Shown here: positions 9,925 through 19,804 of the stretch, piece by piece
Position numbering within the stretch: position 1 is the first letter of the stretch
Layout: each line of letters opens with the position of its first letter
Assembly: GCA_030018495.1 (NCBI GenBank)
Contig: JASEFS010000002.1
Span: 75,359 to 139,358, forward strand
Direction: 5' to 3'
DNA length: 64,000 bases
Origin: Deltaproteobacteria bacterium
Lineage (GTDB): Bacteria > Desulfobacterota > Desulfobaccia > Desulfobaccales > 0-14-0-80-60-11
Program-made: the position numbers and the translations under genes
Notes under the pieces: model-generated
What the model was told of the DNA's origin: nothing
Seen by the model: the letters and a program-made list of their open reading frames with translations, nothing else
The model's database searches: none

Positions 9925-11988
9925 ATGCCTGACCATGACCTCCAAGTTATTTCCGGCGAAGATGCCTTGCACCTACTGGAACTTGTTGAATCGGCGCTAA
10001 ATTCTAAAGACCTCGCAGCATTGGCACAGGGGGCGCTTCCCATCATAGTAAAATTGATGGCAGTAGATGCCGGCATTCTTTATTTGGAAGAGCCGAAACC
10101 CTCCACTTATTCCTTCAGCCAGGTGGCGATGCAAGGCAATACTCTGCTGGCCATTGAACATATTTGCCTTGAACAATTCCACAAGATGACGATTCAGGCA
10201 GGTCCCCGCCCTTTGATTCTGCCTCTGAGCCCACCGCAAAACTCTCAGGTGGCGTTGTTTCTCCTGCATCGCCAAGAAAATAAAATGGGAATTTTAGGAC
10301 TTTTGGTTTCTGAAAACCGAAAACCTTCTGAACTCAAGATGGCAGAACGGTTTGTTTTTCTGCTTTCCCGATTCATAGCCCAACAGGTTGAACGTTTGGA
10401 ATGCGAAAAAAAAATTGCCAAACTTAACGCCTATTTCACGGTGTGCTCCAAAATCGCCAAGGCTTTGAACCTCCGGGATGTCCTCGAGGCTGTCCTGTAC
10501 TCAAGCATGAAAGCCGTTTCCGCAGAAGCCGCCTCGGTACTGTTGCTTGACGACAAAAAACAGAACTTCCGTTTTTTCGGTTTGGTACCCCCTCAGCCGA
10601 CCATGATGGACGCCAAATTTCCGGCAAACCGGGGGCTGGCCGGGAAGATCCTAAAATTGCAGCAATCAGAGATTATCAACGACGTCCAGAACGACCCCCG
10701 GTTTTATAGAAGGTTTGACAAGGAGACAGGTTTTAAGACCAGAAACATGGTGGCTGTTCCCCTGCTGGCCGGAAAAGAAAAAGTCGGAGTATTGGAAGTT
10801 TTAAATAAGGCTGGCGGTGAACCGTTTCAGGAAGAGGATCGTCTTCTGCTTCAGTCGATTGCCGAGGAAATCGCCTTTGCCATCCATGACGCCAAATTAA
10901 GTGAAGCAAAGCAGGCCTTGACTGCTGAAATCGAGAAGATGCATCAATTTCAGGCAAAATTGATCCAGACCTCCCAAGACGGCATTATGGCCCATGACCC
11001 GCACGGCGAAATCCTCATTTTCAACGAAGGCGCAGAAAGAATTTTGGGTTATCGGAAAGAGGAGGTCATCGGCAAAATCAACGCCGCCCTTCTCTTTCCC
11101 CCCGGGGTGTCTCATGATATCAGGGAGAAAATAACCGGTCCTGAGTTTGGGGGGACGGGTCGCTTAATTAATTACGAGACTTTCACCTTAAGTAAGACAG
11201 GAGAGCAAATCCCTGTCGAACTTTCTGCCATACCTATCTATGAAGATGAGCATGAAATAGCCACGGTGGGATTTTTCCGGGACCTTCGGGAGCGCAGGCA
11301 ACTGCAAGAGAAACTCCTGCAGTCGGAGCGACTGGCAGCTTTGGGCCAGATGGCGGCCCACATCACCCACGAGGTGAAAAATCCCTTGATGGTTGTCGGT
11401 GGGATGGCCCGCCAGGTATTGAAAGGTTTGGCAGATGATCAGCAGAAGAATGCCGCAAAGCTCAAAATCATCATCGAAGAAATCGGGCGGTTGGAGGATT
11501 TTTTGGCTGAGGTAGGGAGCTTTGCCAAGTTATCGGAGACCAGTAAAGGTTTCATTAATCCGAACACCGTGATACAGGACTTGGCCGTTAAATTGGAGCC
11601 GAGTCTTAATGAAAGAAATATTAAGCTTTTGTTGAAGCTGGACACCAAGCTTCCTCAGATCCAATTTGCGCCGCTCCAGTTGAGCCAGGTGCTTTTAAAT
11701 ATCGCCAAGAATGGCATCGAAGCCATGCCGGCCGGAGGCAGTTTGACCTTTGTCAGCGGGTGCCGGAACGACAGGGTGTTTGTGCAGATCAACGATACCG
11801 GTGAGGGAATTCCTTTTGACATCATGGCTAAGATCTTCCAACCCTTTTATTCCACCAAGCCCAAGGGCAGCGGTCTGGGATTGTCCATCTCCAAGACGAT
11901 TATAGAAGCACATCAAGGGGAGATTAAAATAGAGAGCGAAGCTGGCAAAGGCACCAGCGTGACGATCTTTTTAAAGGCGAGACTATAA
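9925..11988 (+). CDS. cytoplasmic GAF/PAS sensor histidine kinase
   Basis: ORF 9772..11988; the likely start is the ATG at 9925 (MPDHDLQV). PAS-like segment QTSQDGIMAHDPHGEILIFNEGAERILGY. H-box AAHITHEVKNPL. ATPase N/G boxes NIAKNGIEAM, DTGEGIP and GSGLGLSI. No obvious TM segment and no adjacent response regulator. Confidence 0.85.
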   Translation: MPDHDLQVISGEDALHLLELVESALNSKDLAALAQGALPIIVKLMAVDAGILYLEEPKPSTYSFSQVAMQGNTLLAIEHICLEQFHKMTIQAGPRPLILPLSPPQNSQVALFLLHRQENKMGILGLLVSENRKPSELKMAERFVFLLSRFIAQQVERLECEKKIAKLNAYFTVCSKIAKALNLRDVLEAVLYSSMKAVSAEAASVLLLDDKKQNFRFFGLVPPQPTMMDAKFPANRGLAGKILKLQQSEIINDVQNDPRFYRRFDKETGFKTRNMVAVPLLAGKEKVGVLEVLNKAGGEPFQEEDRLLLQSIAEEIAFAIHDAKLSEAKQALTAEIEKMHQFQAKLIQTSQDGIMAHDPHGEILIFNEGAERILGYRKEEVIGKINAALLFPPGVSHDIREKITGPEFGGTGRLINYETFTLSKTGEQIPVELSAIPIYEDEHEIATVGFFRDLRERRQLQEKLLQSERLAALGQMAAHITHEVKNPLMVVGGMARQVLKGLADDQQKNAAKLKIIIEEIGRLEDFLAEVGSFAKLSETSKGFINPNTVIQDLAVKLEPSLNERNIKLLLKLDTKLPQIQFAPLQLSQVLLNIAKNGIEAMPAGGSLTFVSGCRNDRVFVQINDTGEGIPFDIMAKIFQPFYSTKPKGSGLGLSISKTIIEAHQGEIKIESEAGKGTSVTIFLKARL

Positions 11989-12028
11989 ACCAAAAAATCT
12001 TGTCAGCGGTTGCTGCTGAGGAAGTCTT

Positions 12029-13360
12029 TCATTTCGATTCTGTCAGGCTCAGTTCCACCAGTTCCGCCAGCGTCATGGAATCCCAGGGGGAGGGCGCGCC
12101 AAGCTCGGCCATTTGGCTCAGCAGGGCGCCGACTTCCGGCTTACCGCCTGCTGCCTGCGCCAGCGCCTCGCGCCGGGCTGCTCTTAAACAGGTCAATACC
12201 TCATTGACGTTCATCTGATCCAGTGGCATGGCCGGCACGAATCTCGACGGCTCTTCATCTGACACCGGCGCCATTTCCAGAATCAAGCGGCACTCCTTCA
12301 GCACGTTGATTATCCGGGCCGCCAGGAAATTATCCTGGGGAAACAAATGATTGAGTTCATTCGGGGTCATGAGGGGCCGGCGTTGGGCAAAGCGGGTGCA
12401 GATGGCCACCAGGGCCGCCAGAGCCAGGTATTCATCCACCGGCTCCTGGTCGAGCCCGGGGCGGGAGTAGGTCAGCCGCAACTGCTCCAAATTCTGGTGG
12501 GCATGGGCCACCTCGGTCCCGAAGAGCACCACCAGCCAGCTCCAGAACATCCAGATGACCAGAAAAAGCAGGTGGTAGAGCGCTCCGTAGATCGCGTTGT
12601 AATACGTGGCGGCGCTCTGGAACATGGCGAAGATGAGGTGGGCCAACTGCCAGAGGCTGCCGCCGATGATGCCTCCCAGGAGAGCGGAAGAGAGCTGCAC
12701 CCTGGTATAAGGCATTACCATATAAATAAAGGTGAAAGCCACCCAGAGAAGTCCCAGGGACAGAAGGCTGGTGGTGGCGAAATACAAGCCCGGCACGAAA
12801 TCGGCAAGAAATCGCCGCAAGTGAGGCTGGCTAAGGATGCCGGAGGACAGGGAAATGGCCACGGCCATCAGAATGGGGAACAGCAGAAAAATGCTGAGAT
12901 AATCGCTGAGCTTGCGGCGCCAGGGGCGGGTTTGGGCCACCTGCCAGGCGGTGTTGAAGGCCTGCTCTACGGTGGTCATGAGGATGACCAAGGCCGCGAG
13001 AAGCCAGATGACCCCGAAAATCCCCAGGGAGGTTACCTTGGTTCCTTCAATGTAATTAATGATCTGGACCGCGAAATCATGGGCTCCCGGGGCCAGCCGG
13101 TCCATGAGGTGGGAGGCCAGGACGCGTTGAATGCCCAGACCTTTAAGGATGGCAAACAGCAACGCCAGGAGAGGAATCAAAGCCAGGATGGTGGCATAAG
13201 ACAGAGACGCAGCCTGCAGCCAGGAGCGGTTTTTGGCCAAGCCGCGGCAGGCCAGGAGAATGATCTGCAGGAGCTCGAGCCAGCGCCTTTTCAGGCCGGT
13301 GGCTTTCTCTGCCACGAGCCGCTGATTGACATAATCCTGGATCTGGCTGGCAAGATTCAA
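12029..13360 (-). CDS. YihY/BrkB family inner-membrane protein with a C-terminal soluble extension
   Basis: 443-aa ORF with several hydrophobic helices and a YihY-like N-terminus (ASLSYATILALIPLLALLFAIL). A ~150-aa non-membrane tail follows. Confidence 0.7.
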   Translation of the reverse strand: MNLASQIQDYVNQRLVAEKATGLKRRWLELLQIILLACRGLAKNRSWLQAASLSYATILALIPLLALLFAILKGLGIQRVLASHLMDRLAPGAHDFAVQIINYIEGTKVTSLGIFGVIWLLAALVILMTTVEQAFNTAWQVAQTRPWRRKLSDYLSIFLLFPILMAVAISLSSGILSQPHLRRFLADFVPGLYFATTSLLSLGLLWVAFTFIYMVMPYTRVQLSSALLGGIIGGSLWQLAHLIFAMFQSAATYYNAIYGALYHLLFLVIWMFWSWLVVLFGTEVAHAHQNLEQLRLTYSRPGLDQEPVDEYLALAALVAICTRFAQRRPLMTPNELNHLFPQDNFLAARIINVLKECRLILEMAPVSDEEPSRFVPAMPLDQMNVNEVLTCLRAARREALAQAAGGKPEVGALLSQMAELGAPSPWDSMTLAELVELSLTESK

Positions 13361-13471
13361 GGTGCGGCAGACCGCCTCAAGGTTTTAGCTTCTCATACCA
13401 CAACGGCAGGCGTTTTTTAAAGCATTTTTCAATGAAATGCAGTGCTTGCGGCGTGAAACCCTTCAGCGCAT

Positions 13472-14149
13472 CTATCGTACCCGCTCCAATTGGCGCATTC
13501 GGGGGTCATCCTTTCTCACATCCACGGTCACCGCTTTGCCGGTGTCCTGTCCGAACTGGGTGAACGCGGCCAGCAGAAGGGGGTTGATCACCTCCCGGAT
13601 GTCAGAGGAAGTGCCGGTGCTGCGGGTTTCTCCCACCCAGACGGTGCGGAATTTGCCGGTGTCCCGATAGTGCTGGCCTTCCACCACATTAATCAGCAGC
13701 CAGCGGTCGTACAGAGGTTCGGCGTAATAGCCGGGATAGTAGGCATAACCGGGCCAAAAAAGGAAATCGTAATGGGGGGAATAATAGCCGTAGCCCAAGC
13801 CGAACCCTATGGAGTAATCGGGCATGGCCACTCGCGCTCCCTGGGAAGAGCCGAGCCCGTAGCTGAAGAAAAGGTAGTATCGGGCCTTTTCAAAAGGGGC
13901 TATGCTAAAGCCGCGCCTTTCCAGCAGAGTGTTGATCTTGGCCTTGATTTCATTGTCCAGGAGAGGGTTTTTGGACTCTTTGTTGTCCATTACGAAGAAG
14001 GTGGCCCCGGGTTCGAAACGCGCCGGCGTGGCCGGGTCGGAGTAGCCGTTCACTTTGACTTGATAAGTGGCTGCGGCGCAGCCGAAACCCGTCGCACCCA
14101 TCAGCGCGGCAAGGATTGCAAACGCAACTCTGGCAGATGATTTTTTCAT
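13472..14149 (-). CDS. lipoprotein (DUF4136-like)
   Basis: N-terminus MKKSSARVAFAILAALMGATGFGC has a lipobox-like Cys. The body is Tyr/Gly-rich. The family assignment is tentative. Confidence 0.55.
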   Translation of the reverse strand: MKKSSARVAFAILAALMGATGFGCAAATYQVKVNGYSDPATPARFEPGATFFVMDNKESKNPLLDNEIKAKINTLLERRGFSIAPFEKARYYLFFSYGLGSSQGARVAMPDYSIGFGLGYGYYSPHYDFLFWPGYAYYPGYYAEPLYDRWLLINVVEGQHYRDTGKFRTVWVGETRSTGTSSDIREVINPLLLAAFTQFGQDTGKAVTVDVRKDDPRMRQLERVR

Positions 14150-14152
14150 GGC

Positions 14153-14836
14153 TTAGGCATAAAACTCTGAAAGCGCCTGGATCATGCGGCTCTTGATCTG
14201 GTTTAAGGGCGGCAGCTCAAGCGGCGGCGGCAATTCTTCCTCCGTCAGTTGCCGGCGCTTGAAGCGCATGCGGGTGGAGAGCTCCTCCCGTTCCTGGCAT
14301 TCCAGCCCTCCGCAAAGAACTTCGCCGCCGCCCTCCATGGCTTCGATTTGGGCGGCGATGAGGCCGAAGTCAAAGGATGAATTGAATTTCTGGATATCTT
14401 CATTGACCAGGCGCAGGTGCGAAGTGATCTTGGCATATTTTTCCTTGAGAACAGCGGTTTGGCGCACCAGGTCCTCATACAGGTCCAAGACCAGATTGCG
14501 GTGCCGGCGCCAGGCGGTGAAGCCCCGAATGCGCCGGCCGGCCAGAAGCCCGCGGCGCTCAACTTCCGGCAGGTTTTGGAACTCCTGGTAAAAAGGCGGC
14601 GCCTTTAACGCCAGGAGGCGCATGACCGCGGCGGCGGCCGCTTCGGAGCCGAGAGCCTGATAAATGGCCCAAACAAGCCGGCGGACCTTGGCATGCTCCT
14701 TCTGGTAATCCTGGACTTCCTCTTCCAGGAGCTGGATGTCTTCTTCCAGGTAGACGCGCTCGGCGAAATAATTGTCAACGATTTCTTTTTTTATCTGAAA
14801 TCGCAGTGAATCTAAGGCCTTCTCAAGATCGTCCAT
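14153..14836 (-). CDS. hypothetical coiled-coil protein
   Basis: ORF 14153..14977; the likely start is MDDLEKALDSLRF at 14836, overlapping the ricT 3' end by 14 nt. Composition is protein-like and charged/helical. Family not recognised. Confidence 0.5.
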   Translation of the reverse strand: MDDLEKALDSLRFQIKKEIVDNYFAERVYLEEDIQLLEEEVQDYQKEHAKVRRLVWAIYQALGSEAAAAAVMRLLALKAPPFYQEFQNLPEVERRGLLAGRRIRGFTAWRRHRNLVLDLYEDLVRQTAVLKEKYAKITSHLRLVNEDIQKFNSSFDFGLIAAQIEAMEGGGEVLCGGLECQEREELSTRMRFKRRQLTEEELPPPLELPPLNQIKSRMIQALSEFYA

Positions 14837-15668
14837 GGCCGCCTGCCTTGGTATCGCCGGGACCTTTGCCCTGGGGAGAAAAAGGCAGTTCAGAGAGCGG
14901 AATTTCCACTTCCTGCCCTTCGTCCAGTTCCAGGGTAACGGTCTGTCGGATAAGGTTATAGCGGATAATTTTGGCATCCCCTTCCGGGAGATTCACCCTT
15001 TTGCCGATCTTCGGCAGGTGTTTTTTGATTTCCTGGTAAGACGCATATTCATACACCAGACAGCACATCAGCCGGCCGCAGACCCCGGATATTTTGCTGG
15101 GATTGAGGCTTAACTGCTGTTCTTTGGCCATACGCACGGACACGGGCTCGAAATTTTTGAGAAAAGAGGCGCAGCAGAGCTTCTGCCCGCAGACGCCCAG
15201 CCCTCCCACCATTTTGGCCCGGTGCCTGACCCCGATCTGACGCAGTTCAATGCGGCAGCGGAATTCCTGCACCAGGTCTTTGACCAAATCCCGAAAATCC
15301 ACCCGTCCTGGGGCTGTAAAATAAAAGATAACCTTGCTGCCGTCGAAAAGACAGGCGGCGCGCACCAAGTGAATGGGCAGTTGCCGGGCCCGGATGCGCT
15401 CCTGACAGTAGGCAAAGGCGCGCCCTTCGAAAGCGCGGTTCTTTTCGTCCTGGGCCAAGTCCTCCGGGGTGGCGGCGCGCACGGCAGGGCTTTCCGGAAT
15501 TTGGTCGTGAGGCAATTCCAGGCCCCGGAAAACAGCTTTTAAGGTGCCCATCTCCACCCCCTCTGAGGTGTTCACCACCACGGGGTCACCGGCCTTGAGG
15601 CCCTCCGGGAGTTGGCCGAACACGCAGCAGTTGCCGCCGCCGGCCAATTGAATTTTGAGAAGATCCAT
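14823..15668 (-). CDS. ricT: PSP1-domain protein (RicT/YaaT-like)
   Basis: Cys-rich PSP1 signature segments GVCGQKLCCASFL and GVCGRLMCCLVYE. Lies immediately downstream of holB, as in the Bacillus holB-yaaT arrangement. Confidence 0.75.
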   Translation of the reverse strand: MDLLKIQLAGGGNCCVFGQLPEGLKAGDPVVVNTSEGVEMGTLKAVFRGLELPHDQIPESPAVRAATPEDLAQDEKNRAFEGRAFAYCQERIRARQLPIHLVRAACLFDGSKVIFYFTAPGRVDFRDLVKDLVQEFRCRIELRQIGVRHRAKMVGGLGVCGQKLCCASFLKNFEPVSVRMAKEQQLSLNPSKISGVCGRLMCCLVYEYASYQEIKKHLPKIGKRVNLPEGDAKIIRYNLIRQTVTLELDEGQEVEIPLSELPFSPQGKGPGDTKAGGHGRS

Positions 15669-15671
15669 AGC

Positions 15672-16703
15672 TTAACTCTGCTGCAAACGCAAACCCAGGA
15701 TGTCCAGGGTCAGTTCGGGATTGAGATTGGCGCCCAAATGGCGCTGGGCCGCCCCCAGCGCGGCAAAACAATCGAAGCAGGCTTCAGGCCCGCTCCGGCG
15801 TGCGGCCGATGTCAGTTCGGCCATCCGGTCCTGATGGGCCAGGAGCGCGGCCGGGCCCCCGGCATGCAGGAGGAGCAAATCCCGGTACCAGAGTTGGGCC
15901 ATCAGGAGAAAATTATCGGCTTCATCAACATTTTTGGCCAGGCGTTGGGCCCAATCCAGGATGGCGCTGAGGCCGTTGCCGGAGATTTGCTGCAAATCCG
16001 CCAGAACCTGGTCCCGCCGGCGGATGAGTTCAGCGGGGTCAAGAGCCAAAGCCCGGCCCAAAGAGCCGCCGCACAGCGCGGCCAACAGCGCGGCCTCCGG
16101 CTGGGGGAGACCCTTTTGCCGCACCAATTCCTGCGCCACCAGGGCCGCGGGCAAAGGGGCGAAGGCCAGCTTCTGGCAGCGGGACACGATGGTGGGGAAG
16201 AGGTCGTCTTCCACCCGGGCGGTGAGCACCAGGAGATGCTGGGGCGGGGGCTCCTCCAGGGTTTTCAGCAAGGCGTTGACCGCCTCGACTTTCATGTCTT
16301 CCGCGGGCTTGATAAGAGTCACCCGCCAGCCCCCGGCCGCGGGGGGATAGGCGGTGAGTTTGCGGAACTCCCGGACCTGGTCGATGACTATCTTGGGTGG
16401 ACGTTCCTTGGAGGTGGGCCGGATTTCCAGGTAATCCGGGTGAGTCCCGGCGGCCAGGCGCACGCAGGACGGACAGACCCCGCAGGCGTCGCCGTCGGCC
16501 TGGGGGGCCTCGCAATTCAAGGCCGCGGCCAGGGCCTTGGCCGTGGTGGCCTTGCCCACGCCTTCGGGGCCCAGGAACAGGTAGGCGTGGGCCAACCGTC
16601 CCGCGTTGAGCGCGGTTTTCAGATAATTTATAGCCCGCTCCTGGCCCAGGATGTGCCGGAGGGCGGGGGCTTTTTGATCCGGTTGCACTTTCTTGGCTGC
16701 CAT
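15672..16703 (-). CDS. holB: DNA polymerase III subunit delta-prime
   Basis: AAA+ Walker A GPEGVGKATTA. Zinc module CGVCPSCVRLAAGTHPDY. SRC-like TIVSRCQ motif. Confidence 0.88.
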   Translation of the reverse strand: MAAKKVQPDQKAPALRHILGQERAINYLKTALNAGRLAHAYLFLGPEGVGKATTAKALAAALNCEAPQADGDACGVCPSCVRLAAGTHPDYLEIRPTSKERPPKIVIDQVREFRKLTAYPPAAGGWRVTLIKPAEDMKVEAVNALLKTLEEPPPQHLLVLTARVEDDLFPTIVSRCQKLAFAPLPAALVAQELVRQKGLPQPEAALLAALCGGSLGRALALDPAELIRRRDQVLADLQQISGNGLSAILDWAQRLAKNVDEADNFLLMAQLWYRDLLLLHAGGPAALLAHQDRMAELTSAARRSGPEACFDCFAALGAAQRHLGANLNPELTLDILGLRLQQS

Positions 16704-16715
16704 TTTCTGTTTGGC

Positions 16716-16750
16716 TTTAAGCTATAAGCTTTAAGCCTTATGCTAAAGCG
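16716..16750. repeat. heptanucleotide tandem array (TTTAAGC-like, ~5 units)
   Basis: tttaagc tataagc tttaagc cttatgc taaagcg, directly upstream of the holB start codon. Confidence 0.8.
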
Positions 16751-16834
16751 ACTTTATTAGCCTTGCCTTGCCTCGTTTTAAGGTCAGTGTCTTTAATAAA
16801 AGCGCAAGCTAAGGCTCCATTTTTTCTGAAAAAA

Positions 16835-16855
16835 CCAAAAACCAAAAACCAAAAA
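16835..16855. repeat. heptanucleotide tandem array (CCAAAAA)x3
   Basis: ccaaaaa ccaaaaa ccaaaaa flanked by ctgaaa on both sides, ~20 nt downstream of the guaA stop. Confidence 0.85.
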
Positions 16856-16875
16856 TCTGAAAGCTGACAGCGTTT

Positions 16876-18426
16876 TCACTCCCATTCAATAGTTGCAGGT
16901 GGCTTGGACGAGATATCCAAAACCACCCGGTTCACCCGCTTCACTTCGTTGATGATGCGGTTGGCCAAGCGACCCAGAAATTCATGGGGCAGCTTGCTCC
17001 AGTCCGCGGTCATGGCGTCGGTGGAGTCCACGATGCGCAGCGCAATGACGTGCTCATAGGTGCGCTCGTCGCCCATGACCCCCACGGTCTTGATTGGCAG
17101 GAGCACTGCAAAGGCCTGCCAGACCTGGCGGTAGTAGCCGGCCCGCTGCATTTCCTCCATGACGATGGCGTCCGCGTCCCGCAAAATCGCCAAGCGCTCC
17201 CGGGTGACTTCGCCCAGGATACGGATGGCCAGGCCCGGTCCGGGAAAGGGGTGCCGCCAGACCAGGCTGTCGGGCAGGCCCAGCTCCCGGCCCACCTCCC
17301 GCACTTCGTCCTTGAAGAGCTCCCGCAGGGGCTCCAGGAGCTTTAAGGGCATGACTTCGGGCAGGCCCCCGACGTTGTGGTGGGTCTTGATGGTGGCCGA
17401 AGGGCCTTTGAAGGACACGCTTTCGATGACGTCAGGGTAGAGCGTCCCTTGGGCCAGGTATTTCACTCCGCCGATCTTTTCGGCGGCCGCCGCGAACTGG
17501 TTGATAAACTCGTGGCCGATGCGTTTGCGCTTCTCCTCCGGGTCTTCCACCCCTTTGAGCAGGTCCAGGAAACTGTCCGTGGCGTCCACGTACACCAGGT
17601 TCAGGTGGGCATGCTCCCGGAACAGGTGCACCACTTCCTCGGCCTCGCCTTTGCGCAGCACGCCGTTGTTCACAAAGATGCAGGTGAGGCGGTCGCCGAT
17701 GGCCCGGTGCACCAGGACCGCGGTCACCGACGAGTCCACTCCGCCGGAGAGGGCGCAGATCACCCGGTCCTCGGGTCCCACCTGCTCCCTGATGCTTTGC
17801 GTGGTGGCCTCGATAAAAGAGCGCATGGTCCACAGCCCCTTGAGGCCGCAAATGCGGAAGAGGAAGTTGCTCAAGACCTCCCGGCCGTGCGGGGTGTGCT
17901 TGACTTCGGGATGAAATTGCACCCCGTAGAAGCGACGCTCCCGGTGCCTGATGGCGCCTACCGGGCAGGCGTCGCTGGAGCCGATAATATCAAAGCCCGG
18001 CGGCGCCTCTTCCACCATATCGCCGTGGCTCATCCACACAGTCTCCTCATTTTTGAGGCCGTGGAAAAGATCGTCAAAATTGTGAATGGTGAAGGTTTTG
18101 CGGCCGTATTCCCGGGACGCGGCCGGCACCACTTTGCCGCCCAAAAGGTGGCTCAGAAGCTGGATGCCGTAACAGATGCCCAGGACCGGTACGCCCAGCT
18201 CCAGGACCGCGGGATCAAGCAAGGGAGCGCCGTCTTCATAAACGCTCCGGGGGCCGCCCGACAGGATTATGCCCTTGGGGGCGAATTCCCGGATTTTGTC
18301 CAGGGGCATGAGAAAGGGATGGATTTCGCAATATACTTTCAGTTCCCGCACCCGGCGGGCGATGAGCTGGGTGTACTGCGATCCGAAGTCAAGGATGAGA
18401 ATTTTTTCCGCGTGAGGGTCGAACAT
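16876..18426 (-). CDS. guaA: GMP synthase (glutamine-hydrolysing)
   Basis: N-terminal GATase ([20 protein letters not shown]), PP-loop SGGVDSSV and a C-terminal ...PPATIEWE. Confidence 0.95.
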   Translation of the reverse strand: MFDPHAEKILILDFGSQYTQLIARRVRELKVYCEIHPFLMPLDKIREFAPKGIILSGGPRSVYEDGAPLLDPAVLELGVPVLGICYGIQLLSHLLGGKVVPAASREYGRKTFTIHNFDDLFHGLKNEETVWMSHGDMVEEAPPGFDIIGSSDACPVGAIRHRERRFYGVQFHPEVKHTPHGREVLSNFLFRICGLKGLWTMRSFIEATTQSIREQVGPEDRVICALSGGVDSSVTAVLVHRAIGDRLTCIFVNNGVLRKGEAEEVVHLFREHAHLNLVYVDATDSFLDLLKGVEDPEEKRKRIGHEFINQFAAAAEKIGGVKYLAQGTLYPDVIESVSFKGPSATIKTHHNVGGLPEVMPLKLLEPLRELFKDEVREVGRELGLPDSLVWRHPFPGPGLAIRILGEVTRERLAILRDADAIVMEEMQRAGYYRQVWQAFAVLLPIKTVGVMGDERTYEHVIALRIVDSTDAMTADWSKLPHEFLGRLANRIINEVKRVNRVVLDISSKPPATIEWE

Positions 18427-18788
18427 CAGCCAAGCCCCTGAATTTACAAATTGTTTAATTGCTTTGATTATAGCCGATAGAAGGAGGAAAAAGCAATCGG
18501 CCGGCGGAGAATGATGGCAGGGCTGCTCGCGCCCGTGAGACTGTCCTTTCCAATGGTAATAGAAAGTTTATCAGAACGCACAGGTTTCAAGAAAAAAGGC
18601 TTTTAGCACAGCAGGAGGGCTATGCCATCCGGGGTCTTCTTGTCGCCAGGAGGCCTGTGGTGCGAAATGCTCACCCTGAAGCACAAAAGGGTCAATCGAG
18701 AATAGACTGACGGAGATGCCGCTCAAGGGTCAGGAGCCGAGTTCCATTCCCATAAGAACAAGCCTTGGCCCCTGACCCTGCCCCTGAC

Positions 18789-19802
18789 TCAACCAGGCTG
18801 GGTGATAGCTGAAAGTTTCCAGTCGTTGGTCCCTATGGCGCGGGTGAAAGTCCAATATTCCTCAAATTTGACGGGTTCGGTCTTGCTGCCCGAGATCACT
18901 TCCCCGGTCTTGTCGTTGACCAAGTAGTCCAGCAGGTTGGCGTAAACCCGCACGGTAATGTAGTCCGAGCCCTGTTCCTGCCAGGCTTCGGTGATATCCA
19001 CAGAGCGGACCGCGATATTGTCCATGCGGTTGATCACGCCTTCGGCCCGCAAGCGGTCGGCATCATCCTGCAGAACCTGGAACATATTTTCGGTCAGTTC
19101 TTCTTTCATGGGAGACAGGTCCCGGTTGGCCCAGGCCCCCTGCACCCGGAAAAAGAAGTCCAGCACTTGATCAGGGAACCTGGTTTCATCAAAAGATGGG
19201 TCCATCATCTTGATGTGAGTGAGCCCTTCTGCCAAGTCGTCATGATCGGCTGCAGGCGGTATTTCATAGTAGGGCGGCGCCTGGCGTCCGGGCTGGTAGT
19301 TGACAGGTTCAAGGCTGCTGCTCTCCAGGGAGGGTCCCTCTGCCACCGCCGCTTCCCGCTTCCTTCGGAGGAACGCATAGATCATGTAAGCGATGCCGGC
19401 CAAAAGAAGAATATCCAGAAGGCCGATATTCCATCCCCCTGCGGCGCCCTGGCCGGCATGGGCCGCAGGACCGCCGAACAGGCTCCGGAACAACATGCCG
19501 CCCGCCAGGCCTCCCAACAAACCAGCACCGAAAGTCCGCCACATGCTGCCGCCGGGCTGCCCTGGAGCACCTTGCGCCGCCGCGCCGGGGGCCGGGGAGC
19601 CGGGAGTAACAGCCGGTTTGGTCGGCTGCGTGGGTCTGGGCGCAGAGTATTGTTTGGGCGCGGAAAATGTCCTTGAACCCCGGCTGCCAAAAGACCCCCC
19701 ACGGCCGAGCCTCGCCTCGGCATCCGCGGGAAACCACCATACTCCTAATAAAATGAGACATAAAACAATCAAACCGTTTTTTCGCCATGTATTTCCCAGC
19801 AT
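18789..19802 (-). CDS. Tim44-like domain membrane protein
   Basis: ORF 18789..19883; the likely start is MLGNTWRKNGLIVLCLILLG at 19802. A Gly/Pro-rich linker, a TM helix and a C-terminal Tim44-like domain (FDETRF...WTFTR...WKLSAI). Confidence 0.65.
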   Translation of the reverse strand: MLGNTWRKNGLIVLCLILLGVWWFPADAEARLGRGGSFGSRGSRTFSAPKQYSAPRPTQPTKPAVTPGSPAPGAAAQGAPGQPGGSMWRTFGAGLLGGLAGGMLFRSLFGGPAAHAGQGAAGGWNIGLLDILLLAGIAYMIYAFLRRKREAAVAEGPSLESSSLEPVNYQPGRQAPPYYEIPPAADHDDLAEGLTHIKMMDPSFDETRFPDQVLDFFFRVQGAWANRDLSPMKEELTENMFQVLQDDADRLRAEGVINRMDNIAVRSVDITEAWQEQGSDYITVRVYANLLDYLVNDKTGEVISGSKTEPVKFEEYWTFTRAIGTNDWKLSAITQPG

Positions 19803-19804
19803 TT

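Noticed and set aside
18427-18560. Purine/guanine riboswitch upstream of guaA
   Set aside because: The reverse-strand leader shows none of the conserved purine-riboswitch junction sequences that I can recognise by eye.
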